Assembly (NCBI GenBank): GCA_951406725.2
Contig: OX597833.1
Location: 52,824,001-52,888,000 of the forward strand
Origin: Octopus vulgaris
Taxonomy: Eukaryota
Length of the DNA: 64,000 bases
Direction of reading: 5' to 3'
Part shown: piece by piece, positions 1-14,633 of the stretch
Numbering within the stretch: the stretch's first letter is position 1
Layout of the letters: each line of letters starts with the position of its first letter
Program-made: the position numbers and the translations under genes
Notes under the pieces: generated by a model
What the model saw: only the letters and a program-made list of their open reading frames with translations
The model's database searches: none
Told to the model about the DNA's origin: nothing

Positions 1-164
1 CATGTCCCATACACTAATACTTATAAACACATATAGAAATTTTGAGACATGCAGGCATACAAACAAATAAAATTAACAAGCATGTGGCTAATAAAGAAAT
101 TAGAGCCGGATGCCATTAGTATCACTGAAAATTTAGCATGTGATGAGCATATATATATATATGT

Positions 165-222
<58 letters not shown>

Positions 223-291
223 GTATATACATATATATATACGCACATAGATATGTATACACATATATACATATATACATACAGATATATG

Positions 292-364
<73 letters not shown>

Positions 365-539
365 TGAGAGAGAGAGATACATATCTATACATACATGTAT
401 ATATACGCGCATATTGACATGCAAACGTACTATCCGTAGGCAATGACGTCAGATCACATATATACACACATATATACATACATGCATACACACACACGCA
501 TACAAACATACATACATATATATGTATATGTGTGTGTGT

Positions 540-588
<49 letters not shown>

Positions 589-896
589 TATACACGGGCA
601 TACATAATACAAATACCTAATTACTTTCATCCTTACAGTTTCAGATATTCATAAATGCATGCATACACACACACACATACACTCACACTCACACACATAC
701 ATACATACATACATACATGCATACATACATGCATACATACATACATACGTACATACATACACACACACATATACACACACATACATACATACATACATAC
801 ACACACACATACCTACATATATATATATGTGTGTGTGTGTATACATACATATATACATACATACATTCATACATACATACACACATACACACATAC

Positions 897-936
<40 letters not shown>

Positions 937-1432
937 GGGTGTGTGTGTATACATACATATATACATACATACATATATATATATATGCATATACACGGGC
1001 ATACATAATACAAATACCTAATTACTTTCCTCCTTACAGTTTCAAATATTCATAAATGCATGCATGCACACACACATGCATACAAACATACATACATATT
1101 ACCATAAATACATCATGTACACACTCTATGCTATAGGTTTCGCAATTCTCTTACAGGTGCTGTTGGCCCCTAATCCTCAAGAGTATGTCTGTAGTACTTC
1201 AGTTAAACCTGATAGGACTAAAGACGGGATTATATGTACACATACGGTGTATAATCTGTTATTACGCTGCCATATTGGCATGTGGCCACTTACTTGGTCT
1301 TGCTTGTAATTTGGCCACAAGTCAGCTTTGATGGAGCAGACCTTTGATCAGAAATAATCCAACAATGACCGTCCCGGTTAAGAAATTTCATAGAGTGAAA
1401 GTAAAAATAAAAGTGTGCATACACGCATATAC

Positions 1433-1538
<106 letters not shown>

Positions 1539-1880
1539 GTATATATATATATTTGTGTGCGTGTGTGTGTGTGTGTATAAAAATATATATATACATTTCA
1601 GCTATTTAATGCATTTGGGGGCCTTCAATCGCCTGTATTATTGATTCTGTTATTATCATTTTTAATAGTTACACTAGACTATGGCAGAGTCAATAATATC
1701 TTTGCAAATATTTTCTCCTGAATTGTTTGCTCCACTCTCCACATATATATGGTTTCCGACGAAGAGCTCCACTCGAAACGTTAAACTCTCCTTCTTTCCT
1801 TCTTTCCTGAGCGTCCAATAATACTATATTTGTTCCACGTCCTCGCGTTGTTATGTTTCTTTGTGTTTTATTGTTTGGAT

Positions 1881-2012
<132 letters not shown>

Positions 2013-2578
2013 GAGGCTTGCGAGCTATGTTGCTTCCCAACAACATGGTTCCGGGTTCAGTCCCACTGCATGTAACCTTGGGAAAGTGTCTTCCAATATA
2101 GCCTTAGGCCGACCAAAGACTGGAGATGAAGAATAAATGTGTTCATTCTCCTAAAATTCTTATTAAAAAAAATTATGATTTCTGATGAACTTTTGACAAA
2201 GCAATACACAGTTTCTGCTATCAAATACTGTCTACAATTCTTTCAATATATATATAAACAATTATGATTTGTGATGAATTGTTTATAAAAACAATTATGA
2301 ACTTATTTTACTGCTTATTTTGAACACTTTTATTTAAGCTGTTTAAACACAAAAAGCTTATTTTCTTTTCATTGTCAGAAATTCTATTTCTTAACATTTT
2401 CTTATCATTGTCAACTACTCTATCACTGTATTTAAATACATCTATGTTAACTAATGTTCAACACCACAAAGGCTACACAAAGCCCTACACTTTACTTTTG
2501 AACATCTTTTTTTTTAAGTGTGAAACCGGTCAAGTCAATAAACATCTTTAAAACACCTCTGCATTTTCAAATCCAGAT

Positions 2579-2637
<59 letters not shown>

Positions 2638-2781
2638 AATTTTTTGCGTAATAAAATTTTTTAAAAACCAAGGCTGTATAGATATTAGAACATTTATAGA
2701 TAGGTTTTACAGCTGTTTCTAGGATATTAATTAATTATATCCCTTCATCATGGACAGTGTGAGAAGGATTGTTAAGTAATA

Positions 2782-2835
<54 letters not shown>

Positions 2836-2839
<4 letters not shown>

Positions 2840-3042
2840 ACCGCGTGTGTACCGTTGGCAATTTTTTCCTCCGTCTTCCCTTCTTTGGATCTTTCCTTTT
2901 CCTGTTTCTGACGAAGAGCTCCGCTCGAAACGTTAAACCCTCCTTCTTTCCTTCCTTCCAGAGCGTCCAATAACACTATATTTGTTCCACGTCCTCGCGT
3001 TGTTGTGTTTTCTCTTTGTGTTTTCATGTTCTGATTAACTTT
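2836..3042 (+). mobile_element. Solo Penelope-like terminal unit, family A, in (TA)n
   Basis: ~205-bp unit repeated at 1751-1884 (partial) and 47136-47340; contains hammerhead core. Confidence 0.75.
2904..2938 (+). ncRNA. Minimal type I hammerhead ribozyme (canonical core)
   Basis: gttt-CTGACGA-a gagc tcc gctc-GAAA-cgt-TA-aac: CUGANGA/GAAA core, 4-bp stem II, palindromic minimal stem III, stem I gttt/aaac. Confidence 0.8.
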
Positions 3043-3067
3043 ATATATATATAAATATATATATATA

Positions 3068-3352
3068 TGATTGATTGATTGATTGATTGATTCTAGTTTC
3101 AGCTTATGAGCTGTGGCCATGCTGGGGCACCGCCATTTGGTGTTGCTACTTGGTTTCACTTCATGGAGGCTTTCTAGCAACTGCTATTTGGTGCATGAGA
3201 GAGTTCGATGCAGCTGCCCTCATCTGCCCCTCCTGCCGTGAAGTTGGTTCATCTGGGACACCTGACAGGAAGAGATCCAGCTTCATTTTAAAGACATCTG
3301 TATCCACCCCATGCAGGTCTCTCAGGTTCTTCGGGAGGATATTGAAGAGCTG
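3068..3352 (-). mobile_element. CR1-type LINE 3' fragment with (ATCA)n tail
   Basis: QLFNILPKNLRDLHGVDTDVFKMKLDLFLSGVPDEP then 3' end ggcggtgccccagcatggccacagctc. Confidence 0.88.
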
Positions 3353-3481
3353 GATATTGCGAGGATGATCCGGTTCTTGACTGAAGATTGAAGGCTTCGA
3401 ATGTCCCGTCCGTGTTTTTTGTATCGTCTTCTAAATGTTTTGCGTTCTTGTCCCAGTTTGTATTTTTTTACATATACATAC

Positions 3482-3529
<48 letters not shown>

Positions 3530-3876
3530 TCATTCCAGATTGTGGCGAGAACCATCTTGATTGAGATGGTCAAGTTCTGAACGGCGGGAAAGAACCAATA
3601 GCAAACAACAACAAGAAACAAAAAAAAATTAAAAAGCTAAAACAGCAAGTCACAACAGCAGTGATGAAACAGCAATAATAACATCAACAATATATATTCT
3701 GTGTATATATATATACAAATGTAAGTATATATATATATGTGAATACATATATATATATATATATACACGCCCCCACAGACACGCTCGCATAGCTTGCTGT
3801 AGTGTAAAAATTATGAGTTGTAATGTGTTGTGGTATGATGTGGTATACAGTCGTGTGTCGCAGTATGGCATAGTAT

Positions 3877-4112
3877 ACCTATTTCTTTACTACCCACAAG
3901 GGGCTAAACACAGAAGGGACAAACAAGGACAGACAAACGGATTAAGTTCATTATATCGACCCCAGTGCGTAACTGGTACTTATTTAATCGACCCCGAAAG
4001 GATGAAAGGCAAAGTCGACCTCGGCGGAATTTGAACTCACAACGTAACGGCAGACGAAATACGGCAACGAATTTCACCCGGCGTGCTAACGATTCTGCTA
4101 GCTCGCCACCTT
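3877..4112 (-). mobile_element. tRNA-headed SINE family 1 (Meta-domain-like core)
   Basis: Head aaggtggcgagctagcagaa, core gcctttcatcctttcggggtcgat...agtaccag; imperfect TSD tatggc(a/g)tagta; many copies in window. Confidence 0.85.
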
Positions 4113-4506
4113 ATGGCGTAGTATACTGTAGTATGGTGTGATACAGTATGATATGGAATGGTATGATGGGGATTTATCGTGGTATGGTATATTTCTGGTA
4201 TTTATGCTAAAAGACGGTAATGTTTTTGTTTTGTTTTGTCTTTTCGGTTTTGTTTTTGCTTCTTTTTTTGTTTTAAATTTGTGGGTTTTTTTTTTTTTTC
4301 TCTGACTCACTCAGTAAAAAGACTTGTAAAGGAATATCTTGGAAGAATGGAATTCAGGAAACACACTGTCTCACATGTATAGACATACACACACGAATAC
4401 ATACAGAGAGAGAGACAGAGACAGAGAGAGAGACAGAGACAGAGATAGAGAGAGAGATGTACTATGTACATATACACTATAAAACAGAAACACAAATTCA
4501 CATACG

Positions 4507-4550
<44 letters not shown>

Positions 4551-4909
4551 CAAACAAACAAACACACGTACACACACACATGATAATACGATTGTATTTT
4601 ACTCTGCGATTTACACTAGGTAATTGTATATATACACACACACACTCATATATGTACACACACACACACACATATGTATGTATATATACGTGTCTGTGAG
4701 TGTGTGTGTATTTATGTATATATAAATATCTATGCTTATACATATGTATATGTGTGTGTGTGTGTATACATTTGAGTGCTGTGTATGCATTTATGTACTT
4801 ATATAGGTAAGGTTCTGTGGATATATATATGTGTGTGTGTGTGTAGGTATGCACACACACATATATATATATACCTACACACATATATATGTATATATAT
4901 ATATATACC

Positions 4910-4940
<31 letters not shown>

Positions 4941-4962
4941 ATGTATATATATATGTACCTAC

Positions 4963-5110
<148 letters not shown>

Positions 5111-5264
5111 ACATTCATACATACATATAAATATATAAGCAAATATGTATGTATGTAAGTACACACACACATACGTATATATTTGAGAGTGTGTACGTGT
5201 GTATGTATGTAAGGTCGTATATATCTAGCTATATATATACAAACATGTGTATGAATGTATGTAC

Positions 5265-5321
<57 letters not shown>

Positions 5322-5340
5322 AGTATGTGTGTGTATGTGA

Positions 5341-5480
<140 letters not shown>

Positions 5481-5683
5481 TTAGAGGCCATAAGGACTCC
5501 ATTCTATTTGCTACACAGAGCACCATATGTTTCACTTCATTTGCTTCCTTATGTTAACCGGTACATTTTGTTGTTCTTTCAAAGCCCCTAACAAGACCCC
5601 TATCTTTACACACACACACGCACACACACAAGCACACGCGAGCGCGCGTTCGTATACACAAATACGCACGCATGCGTATACGA

Positions 5684-5751
<68 letters not shown>

Positions 5752-5822
5752 ACACATATGTAGATAGATAGATAGACAGAGAGAGAGAGGACAACTCCTC
5801 TATATATTTCTATCTATCTGTC

Positions 5823-5859
<37 letters not shown>

Positions 5860-6042
5860 TTGCATATATATATGAATGTAGGTATAAATATGTATATATA
5901 TATATATATGCATATATATATATATGTGTGCGTTCATGTATATATACAAATATCTATACCTGTGTATATGTAAGTATATACGTATCTATACGTATAGTCT
6001 GTATATATTTACATACTAATATATAAACACACACACGCACAC

Positions 6043-6081
<39 letters not shown>

Positions 6082-6131
6082 CACACACATATATATATAT
6101 ATGTACATGTATATACATATTTGTGTATGAA

Positions 6132-6166
<35 letters not shown>

Positions 6167-6324
6167 GCATCTATATATATATATAATATATTTTTTATAT
6201 ACATATACGTACATATATATATATGTGTTTGTGTGTGTGTGTATGTATTTCCATGTATGTATATATAAATATAGATGCATATACACATATATGTATATAC
6301 AACAATAACAATAACAACAACAAC

Positions 6325-6386
<62 letters not shown>

Positions 6387-6897
6387 TATTACACATGTAT
6401 GCATGTAAATGTGAACCATCCAATCTACAGTAACTTTCAACTCTGACTACCTCAAACTCTCTACCAATCACCAACCCACAATACCTAGCCTCCACTCCCC
6501 TTTTTTTCTTCCTCTTCCTACTACTTTTCCAAGGGCCGGGAGCGACTTGGCTGGTAGTATATCCACCGATAATAGTTGTTTTATTCCCGTCGGCCAAATA
6601 TCGTATCGAAACAGAGTTTTACAGAGTTGGAATTGATGGGATTGAGGAGCTAGTGAGGGTTTTTGGTTCGGACAGGAGGGAGGGCGGGCGGTCAGACAGA
6701 CGGACTGGAAGGACGGACGGACGGACGGACGGACAGCTGGCCGGTGTGTTCGAGATGGCCAGGGTTTTGTACGTCGTGAAAGCACGGATTGCAAACAGGA
6801 ACAAAAGAAAACGGCATCAATAACCAGAGCAGTGATGAAACAACCGTAACTGCAACAACAATATCAACTCTGGCACCCGACTACACTGCTGCTGCTG

Positions 6898-6953
<56 letters not shown>

Positions 6954-6957
6954 ACTG

Positions 6958-7065
<108 letters not shown>

Positions 7066-7480
7066 GTACTCTTTTGCTTGTTTCAGTCATTTGACTGTGG
7101 CCATGCTGGAGCACCGCCTTTGGTCGAGCAAATCAACCCCAGGACTTATTCTTTGGAAGTCTAGTACTTATTCTATCGGTCTCTTTTGCCGAACCGCTAA
7201 GTTACGGGGGACGTAAACACACCAGCATCGGTTGTCAAATGATGTTGGGGTGGTGGACAAACACAGACGCACAAACATACACACACACACAAATATATAC
7301 ACATATATACATGTATACGACGGGCTTCTTTTTGTTTCCGTCTACCAAATCCATTCACAAGGGTTTGGTTGGCCCGACGCTAAAGTAGAAGACACTTGCC
7401 CAAAGTGCCACGCAGTGGGACTGAACCCGGAACCATGTGGTTGGTAAGCAAGCTACTTACCACACAGCCACTCCTACACC

Positions 7481-7484
<4 letters not shown>
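7066..7484 (-). mobile_element. tRNA-headed SINE family 2 (internal microsatellite, CR1-like tail)
   Basis: Head ataggtgtaggagtggctgtgtggtaagtagc; tail ggcggtgctccagcatggcc...tgaaacaag. Confidence 0.85.
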
Positions 7485-7556
<72 letters not shown>

Positions 7557-7603
7557 CAACACCAACAACAACAACAACAACAACAATAATAATAATAATA
7601 ATG

Positions 7604-7998
7604 GCTTCAAATTTTGACACAAGGTCAGCAATTTCGTTGAGAGTGGGGTTAGTGGATCACATCGGCCTAGTGCACAATTGGTGGTTATTTTATCCACCCC
7701 GAAAGGATAAAAAGCAAAGTCCACCCTGGCGGAATTTGAACTCAGACCGTAAAGACGGGCGAAATACCTATTTCTTTACTACCCACAAGGGACTAAACAC
7801 AGAGGAGACAAACAAGGACAGACAGACAGATTAAGTCGATTATACCGACCCCAGTGCGTAACTGGTACTTATTTAATCGACCCCGAAAGGGTGAAAGGCA
7901 AAGTCGACCTCGGCGGAATTTGAACTCAGAACGTAACGGCAGACGAAATACGGCTACGCATTTCGCCCGGCGTGCTAACGTTTCTGACAGCTCGCCGT
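7604..7998 (-). mobile_element. SINE family 1 dimer
   Basis: Two units joined at gaaatacctatttc. Confidence 0.8.
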
Positions 7999-7999
7999 C

Positions 8000-8051
<52 letters not shown>

Positions 8052-8135
8052 TAATAATAATAATAATAATGCTTTCTACTAAAGAAGAAGAAGAAGAAGA
8101 AGAAGAAGAAGAAGAAGAAGAAGAAGAAGAAGAAG

Positions 8136-8168
<33 letters not shown>

Positions 8169-8379
8169 AACAACAACAAATGAATGAAACCTAACAAAGG
8201 TCCCGCTCTACCTACTTGCCTACGTACCCCCTCACCTAGTAACCTACCAACCTACCTCCCGCCTTTCTCTGGGTTTACAATTGTGTGTTTATGTATAAAG
8301 CAAAAGAATACAAAAGTAGGGGAACTGAGGGTGAATACATACAATAAAGCTCCTAAAAGTGAACTTGGGATAACTGGAT

Positions 8380-9900
8380 ATTACTGGGTTAACCGGGGAA
8401 TCCTTGGGTTGTGTGGCTGTTGGGTTAAATGTGATTTCGGTTTAATGTTTTGGGAGTCAAATGTGATTTTGGGTCACGTGCAGTTCTGGAACAATTGTGA
8501 TGTCGGGTTAATATAATGTGGGGTTATTCACGATTCGATGTTGGTAACTTTTTATGCTGAGTTATGGTATTGGGTTAATGTAATGTTGGGTTAATAAAAT
8601 ACTGGGTTTCTTATTTCTTTACTGCCCACAAGGGGCTACACACAGAGGGGACAAACAAGGTCAGACAAACGGATTAAGTCGATTATATCGACCCCAGTGT
8701 GTAACTGGTACTTATTTTTATCGACCCCGAAAGGATGAAAGGCAAAGTCGATCTCGGTGGAATTTGAACTCAGAAAGTAGCGGGAGACGAAATACCTATT
8801 TCTTTAGTATCCACAAAGAGGCTAAACACAGAGGAGACAAACAAGGACAGACAAACGGATTAAGTCGATTATATCGACCCCAGTGCGTAACTGGTACTTA
8901 TTTAATCGACCCCGAAAGGATGAAAGGCAAAGTCGACCTCGGCGGAATTTGAACTCAGAACGTAACGGCAGACGAAATACGGCTACGCATTTCGCCCGGC
9001 GTGCTAACGTTTCTGCCAGCTCGCCGCCTTAATGCTGGGTTTCTTAGCGGCATTTCGTCCGTTCTTGCGTTCTGAGTACAAATTCCGCCAATGTCAACTT
9101 TGCCTTGCACCCTTTAGGATTGATAAAATAAGTATCAGTTGAACATTTGGGTCGATGTTATGGAAATTGCTGGCCTTGTGCCAAAATTTGAAATCAATAG
9201 AATACTGGGTTAATATAGTATGGGATAAATATGGTCTTGGATAAATACGTTTTCGGGTTAATGTAGTGTTAGGTTACTGTGATGTTGGATTATTCTGATG
9301 TAGGGCAAATATGCTGTTGGGTTGTTTTAGCGCTTGGTTAAATGTGATATTGGGTTAACTAGTGATTAATGTGATAATGAGGTAATATGATCTTTGATTG
9401 AATGTGACGTTGAGCTAATATTGGGGGGTGGGGGTGAATGTGAAAATAAGTTAAGGTGCTGCCAGGTTAACGAATTTAGGGTCAGTTGTAATGCTGGGCT
9501 AAAATGACGGTGGGTTAACGTATTGTTAGGTTAAGGCGATGTCTGATTAATTACGATCTTGCTATAATTGCGATATGGGATAATATGTTGTACTTACGAT
9601 ATTGCAATTACGACATTGAGATAATTATGATAGTTGGTCATTTGCAATGTGGGTTAATTATGAATGGTTGAACTAATGGAATGCTGGTTTAATACGATGC
9701 TCGGGCGATTGATATGTTAGGTTAATGTGTTCTTGACTTAATGGCAAGTTGCTTTGAAGAAGATCTGGGTTAAAGAGAGAATTTCGGCTAAAAGGAAATT
9801 AGGTCACGGGATTTGGGGCTAATATCGTACGAGTTAAATATGGAAGTCGGTAATGTGTGATGGAGATAAAAGAGATATTAGTCAGATAAGCAGTAATATC
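8380..9900. repeat. Cryptic degenerate ~16-17-bp minisatellite (gggttaatgtgatgtt-like), interrupted by SINEs
   Basis: ggttaa/gggtta motifs recur at short regular spacing on both sides of the 8614-9200 insertions. Confidence 0.7.
8614..9030 (-). mobile_element. SINE family 1 dimer within one 16-bp TSD
   Basis: aat(a/g)ctgggtttctta at 8598-8613 and 9031-9046. Confidence 0.85.
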
Positions 9901-10140
9901 GGTTTCAAATTTTGGCACAAGGCCAGCAATTTCGGGGAGAGGTAGAAATAAGACGATTACATCGACCCCAGTGATCAACTGGTACTTTATTTCATCGACC
10001 CTGAAAGGATAATAAGCAAGGTCGACCTCGGCAAAATTTGAACTCAGAACGTACGAAATTCAGACGGACGAAACGCCGCTAAACACGTAAGAACGTAAAG
10101 ACAGACGAAATGCCGGCCTACGATACATCAGTGGATATAA

Positions 10141-10399
10141 TAAATAAATGCGCCCTTTTAAAGCCTAGCCAGGCTCATGGGCCCACTTTCCCGGTTTCTA
10201 TGGCGTATGTGTTCCCCAACTGGACGGGACGCCAGTCCACCGCAGCGTTACTCATTTTTGCCAGCTGAGTGGACTGGAGCAACGGGAAAATGAAATGTTT
10301 TGCTCAAGAACACAACGCGTCGCCCGGTTCAGGATTCGAAACCACAATCTTACGATCATGGTGCTGACACCCTAACCACTAAGCCACGCGCCTCCACAC
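10141..10399 (-). mobile_element. SINE family 3 full copy
   Basis: Reverse complement of 53314-53575; imperfect TSD ending gtggatata. Confidence 0.85.
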
Positions 10400-11469
10400 A
10401 TTGGTGGATATACTACCATCTAACGGCGGTACGATATATCGGTAGATGTACTACCACTATATCGGTGAATATACTTCCAGCTAACGAGTCTACCAGCTCG
10501 CAGCCTTCATTTTATAATATTGGAATGTGAGAATATTGAGATAATAGTGATAGCGTGCAAATTTGAAATTGGGTTACATATTACATTTAACCTATCATTA
10601 ATGGGTTAAATGTAATAATAGGTTAAATATGATGGTGAGATCCGGGCCATCTGAAGATATGGGCAAACTGGACAGTTTCCCAGGGACCTCTCGGGATAGT
10701 GGCCCAAATCTGATCTCTGCATTTCGTGACTTACTGTCAATAAAATAAATACTATAAGGCCCCGTACATTGATCTTCCTGGGGCCTATAATGGTGCTAAG
10801 GCGGCCCTGATTGGGATAATTGTAAAGTTGGGACAATTTTATTCTGTTATGCTTGATAATAGAACGAAATCTGTTTAAGCTGGTGAGTTGGCACATTCGT
10901 TAGCACAACAGACACAGTGCTTCACGGCATTTCGTCTGTCTTTACGTTCCGTGTTCAAATGCCGCGGAGGTTGACTTTGCCTTCCAATTTTTTTTTTTTT
11001 TTTTTTTAGGGATCGATGAAATAAATACCAATTGAAGACTGAGGTCGATGTAATCGATCGGTATCCCTCCTCCGAAATTACTGGACTTGTACCAACATTT
11101 AAAACCAATATAAATGCAAGTTGAACTATTTATATGCAAGTTGCATTTGTATTTTCAAGTTTTGTTAACGTGAAACTGGAATGACGGGATAGCGTTAAAC
11201 AAAAACAAAAAAAAAATGAAAGAAACAAGTACAAAACAAGGACAGGAGTGCACTAAGTAAAATACTCCTTGGTAGACTGTGTCAGAATCAGTTATATTTC
11301 TATTTACCATTCCATCTGTCACACATTGTACAGGTGTCTTCTATTGCGTGTGATATGTGAAATATATACATATATACTTATGATTTATACACACACTCAC
11401 ACACACACATAATGTATACATTAGTACATGTGTATATACATGCATATAAAGATATATACACACATAAGC

Positions 11470-11534
<65 letters not shown>

Positions 11535-11581
11535 TGTGTATATTTATATTTATTACATGAATATGTGTACGTACCTGTCTG

Positions 11582-11849
<268 letters not shown>

Positions 11850-11876
11850 TGTATGTATATGTTTGTATATGTGTAT

Positions 11877-11912
<36 letters not shown>

Positions 11913-11914
11913 TC

Positions 11915-11974
11915 TAAAATAAGTCGAAAGGTAAGCTACTATAAATCGGCACGAACTTTCCGGACAACCCAATA
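11915..11974. mobile_element. Orphan mariner-like terminal inverted repeat
   Basis: Reverse complement TATTGGGTTGTCCGGAAAGTTCGTGCCGATTTATAG resembles mariner TIRs; partner not found. Confidence 0.55.
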
Positions 11975-12366
11975 CTTCTACAAACCACGTAATATTTTTA
12001 TCTTTTATGCAATTCCTAACAACATTTGATTATAAAAATTCAGAAGAATTTTTTTCTCTGTATATACATCGAATGGCCACGGGGATCTTGCAGAGTGCAA
12101 TAGGAACCAAAGGGATCCATAGGCAGAAAAAGGGTTCAGAACCATTGTTCTAAAGCAGGACTTCCGGTTGTTAAGTAGAAAACCCTTAATTTGTTCTGTT
12201 GCGATTAAAGCTGTGCGATTTCTCTGGGTGCTTATCTCTGGTTATCAGCTGGAGGAATACTTTGAGAAAAGTTCCTTTCTAGCTACCATCTTGTCGTCTG
12301 CCTCGTGTATCCGGATTTGATCCGTGGATATATTTCAGTATTTGTCGGTTATAAAAACAGATACAG

Positions 12367-12688
12367 ATTCCGCCGAGGTCGACTTTGCCTTTCATCTTTC
12401 GGGGTCGATGAATAAAGTACCAGTTTCGCACTGGGGTCGATGTAATCGACTTTAATCCCTTTTGTCTGTCCTTGTTTGTCCCCTCTACGTTTAGCCCCTT
12501 ACGGGCAATAAAGAGATATATAAAAACAGATGCTGATTCCGCCGAGGTCGACTTTGCCTTTTATCTTTTCGGGGTGGATGAATACAGTACCAGTTTCGCA
12601 CTGGGGTCGATGTAATCGACTTAATCCCCTCTCTGTCCTTGTTTGTCCCCACTATGTTTAGCCCCTTATGGGCAATAATGAAATATAT
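12367..12688 (+). mobile_element. SINE family 1 tandem duplicate (5'-truncated)
   Basis: Two units separated and flanked by tataaaaacagata-like copies. Confidence 0.8.
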
Positions 12689-13323
12689 AAAAGCAGATAC
12701 AGAAGGGATAAGAAACGACATTCAAAGAAATTTTGAAACAATTTTAACCTCTGCCTCGTAATGGGAAGCAGAGGTGGTCAATACGTTCAGTACCACCGTT
12801 GATATGGACATTTCTGGAGGTAGTTAAATAATAGCTTTCAGGTTTTGACATCAAGGGCCCCGGATATGTGGGCCCAAATATTTGTATGAGTTGGAATGTA
12901 ACAAACACATTGTGAGTCACTGATTTAATGTCTGCAGAGCGCTCTGACCACCATATTTTAATTTATTTATGCGAGTCTTATATTCCTGGCTGAGCATTTC
13001 TGGGTAGAAAGACCATCAATCGAGTGGTCCAAATGTTGGTATGAGTTCGAATACTTAAAAAAGTCATATTGTGAGTTTCTGATTTCATGTATGCAAACAG
13101 CTCTAACTATCTTATTTTCATTTGTGCCGGTCCTACATTCATTGCGTACAAATGCCGTCAACCTGCCAAGCCGAATATTGGCATAAGTTCTGATATACCA
13201 GACACATTGTTAGTTACTAATCTAAAGAATATAGAGAGGGCTCTAGATACCATATTCATACTCATGCATATTCTTATCAACCCTGATTGTGTGTGTGTGT
13301 TTTTGTTTCTTTTTTGTGCAAGT

Positions 13324-13488
13324 ATAGGTGTATGAGTGGCTGTGTGGTAAGTAGCTTGCTCACCAACCACATGGTTCTGAGTTCAGTCCCTCTGCGTAGC
13401 ACCTTGGACAAGTGTCTTCTGCTATAGTCTCGAGCCGACAAAAGCCTTGTGAGTTGATTTGGTATACGGAAACTGAAAGAAGCCGGTC

Positions 13489-13584
<96 letters not shown>

Positions 13585-13798
13585 TTTTGTGGGTCTGTGC
13601 TTGTGTCCCCAACATCGCTTGACAACCGATGCTGGTGTGTTTAGGTCCTCGTATCTTGTCGGTTCGGCAAAAGAGACCGATAGAATAAGTACTTGGCTTG
13701 CAAAGAATAAGTCCTGGGGTCGATTTGCTCGACTAAAGGCGGTGCTCCAGCATGGACACAGTCAAATGACTGAAACAAGTAAAAGAGTAAAAGAGTAT
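13324..13798 (+). mobile_element. SINE family 2 full copy with expanded internal (TG)n
   Basis: Same head and tail; tail repeat gtaaaaga. Confidence 0.88.
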
Positions 13799-13976
13799 CA
13801 CTAAAAGAGATATCTTCATTCATCTCAAGATCCTTGGAGTATCAATGCCCGAGAGATCAAAGCGATATATATTCTGGTCAATGGAGGAAAGGCTGCGCGA
13901 CTGGGCAAATTCCATTCCTGCATCCTTGGAGGAAGTCATAACCATACCATAGATTTTCTCCATATGCAGTTTTGTA

Positions 13977-14633
13977 TGGATGGATAGATGGATGGATGGA
14001 TGGATGGATAGATAGATAGATAGATGGATGGATGGATGGATGGATGGATGGATGGATTGATGGATGGATGAATGGATGAATTGATGGATAGATGGATGAA
14101 TGGAAGGATGGATGGATGGATGGATGGATAGATCGATGGATGGATGGATGGATGGATGGATGGATGGATGGATGGGATGGATGGATGGATTGATGGATGG
14201 ATTGATGGATGGATGGATGGATGGATGGATTGATTGATGGATGGATGGATGGATTGATGGATGGATTGATGGATGGATGGATGGATGGATGGATGGATGG
14301 ATGGATGGATGGATGGATGGATGGATGGATGGATGGATGGATTGATGGATGGATGGATGGATGGATGGATGGATGGATGGATTGATTGATGGATGGATAG
14401 ATGGATGGATGGATGGATGGATGGATGGATGGATGGATGGATAGATGGATTGATGGATGGATGGATGGATGGATGGATGGATGGATGGATGGATGGATGG
14501 ATGGATGGATGGATGGATGGATGGATGGATGGGTGGATGGATGGATGGATTGATGGACGGATGGATGGATGGATGGATGGACGGACGGATGGATGGATGG
14601 ATGGAGGACGGACGGATGGATGGATGGATGGAT
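13977..14633. repeat. (ATGG)n tetranucleotide array, ~660 bp
   Basis: Direct reading. Confidence 0.97.

Noticed and set aside
3375-3410. Hammerhead in family C units (CTGAAGA...GAAT)
   Set aside because: Lacks GAAA and a stem III in all three copies; not called as a ribozyme
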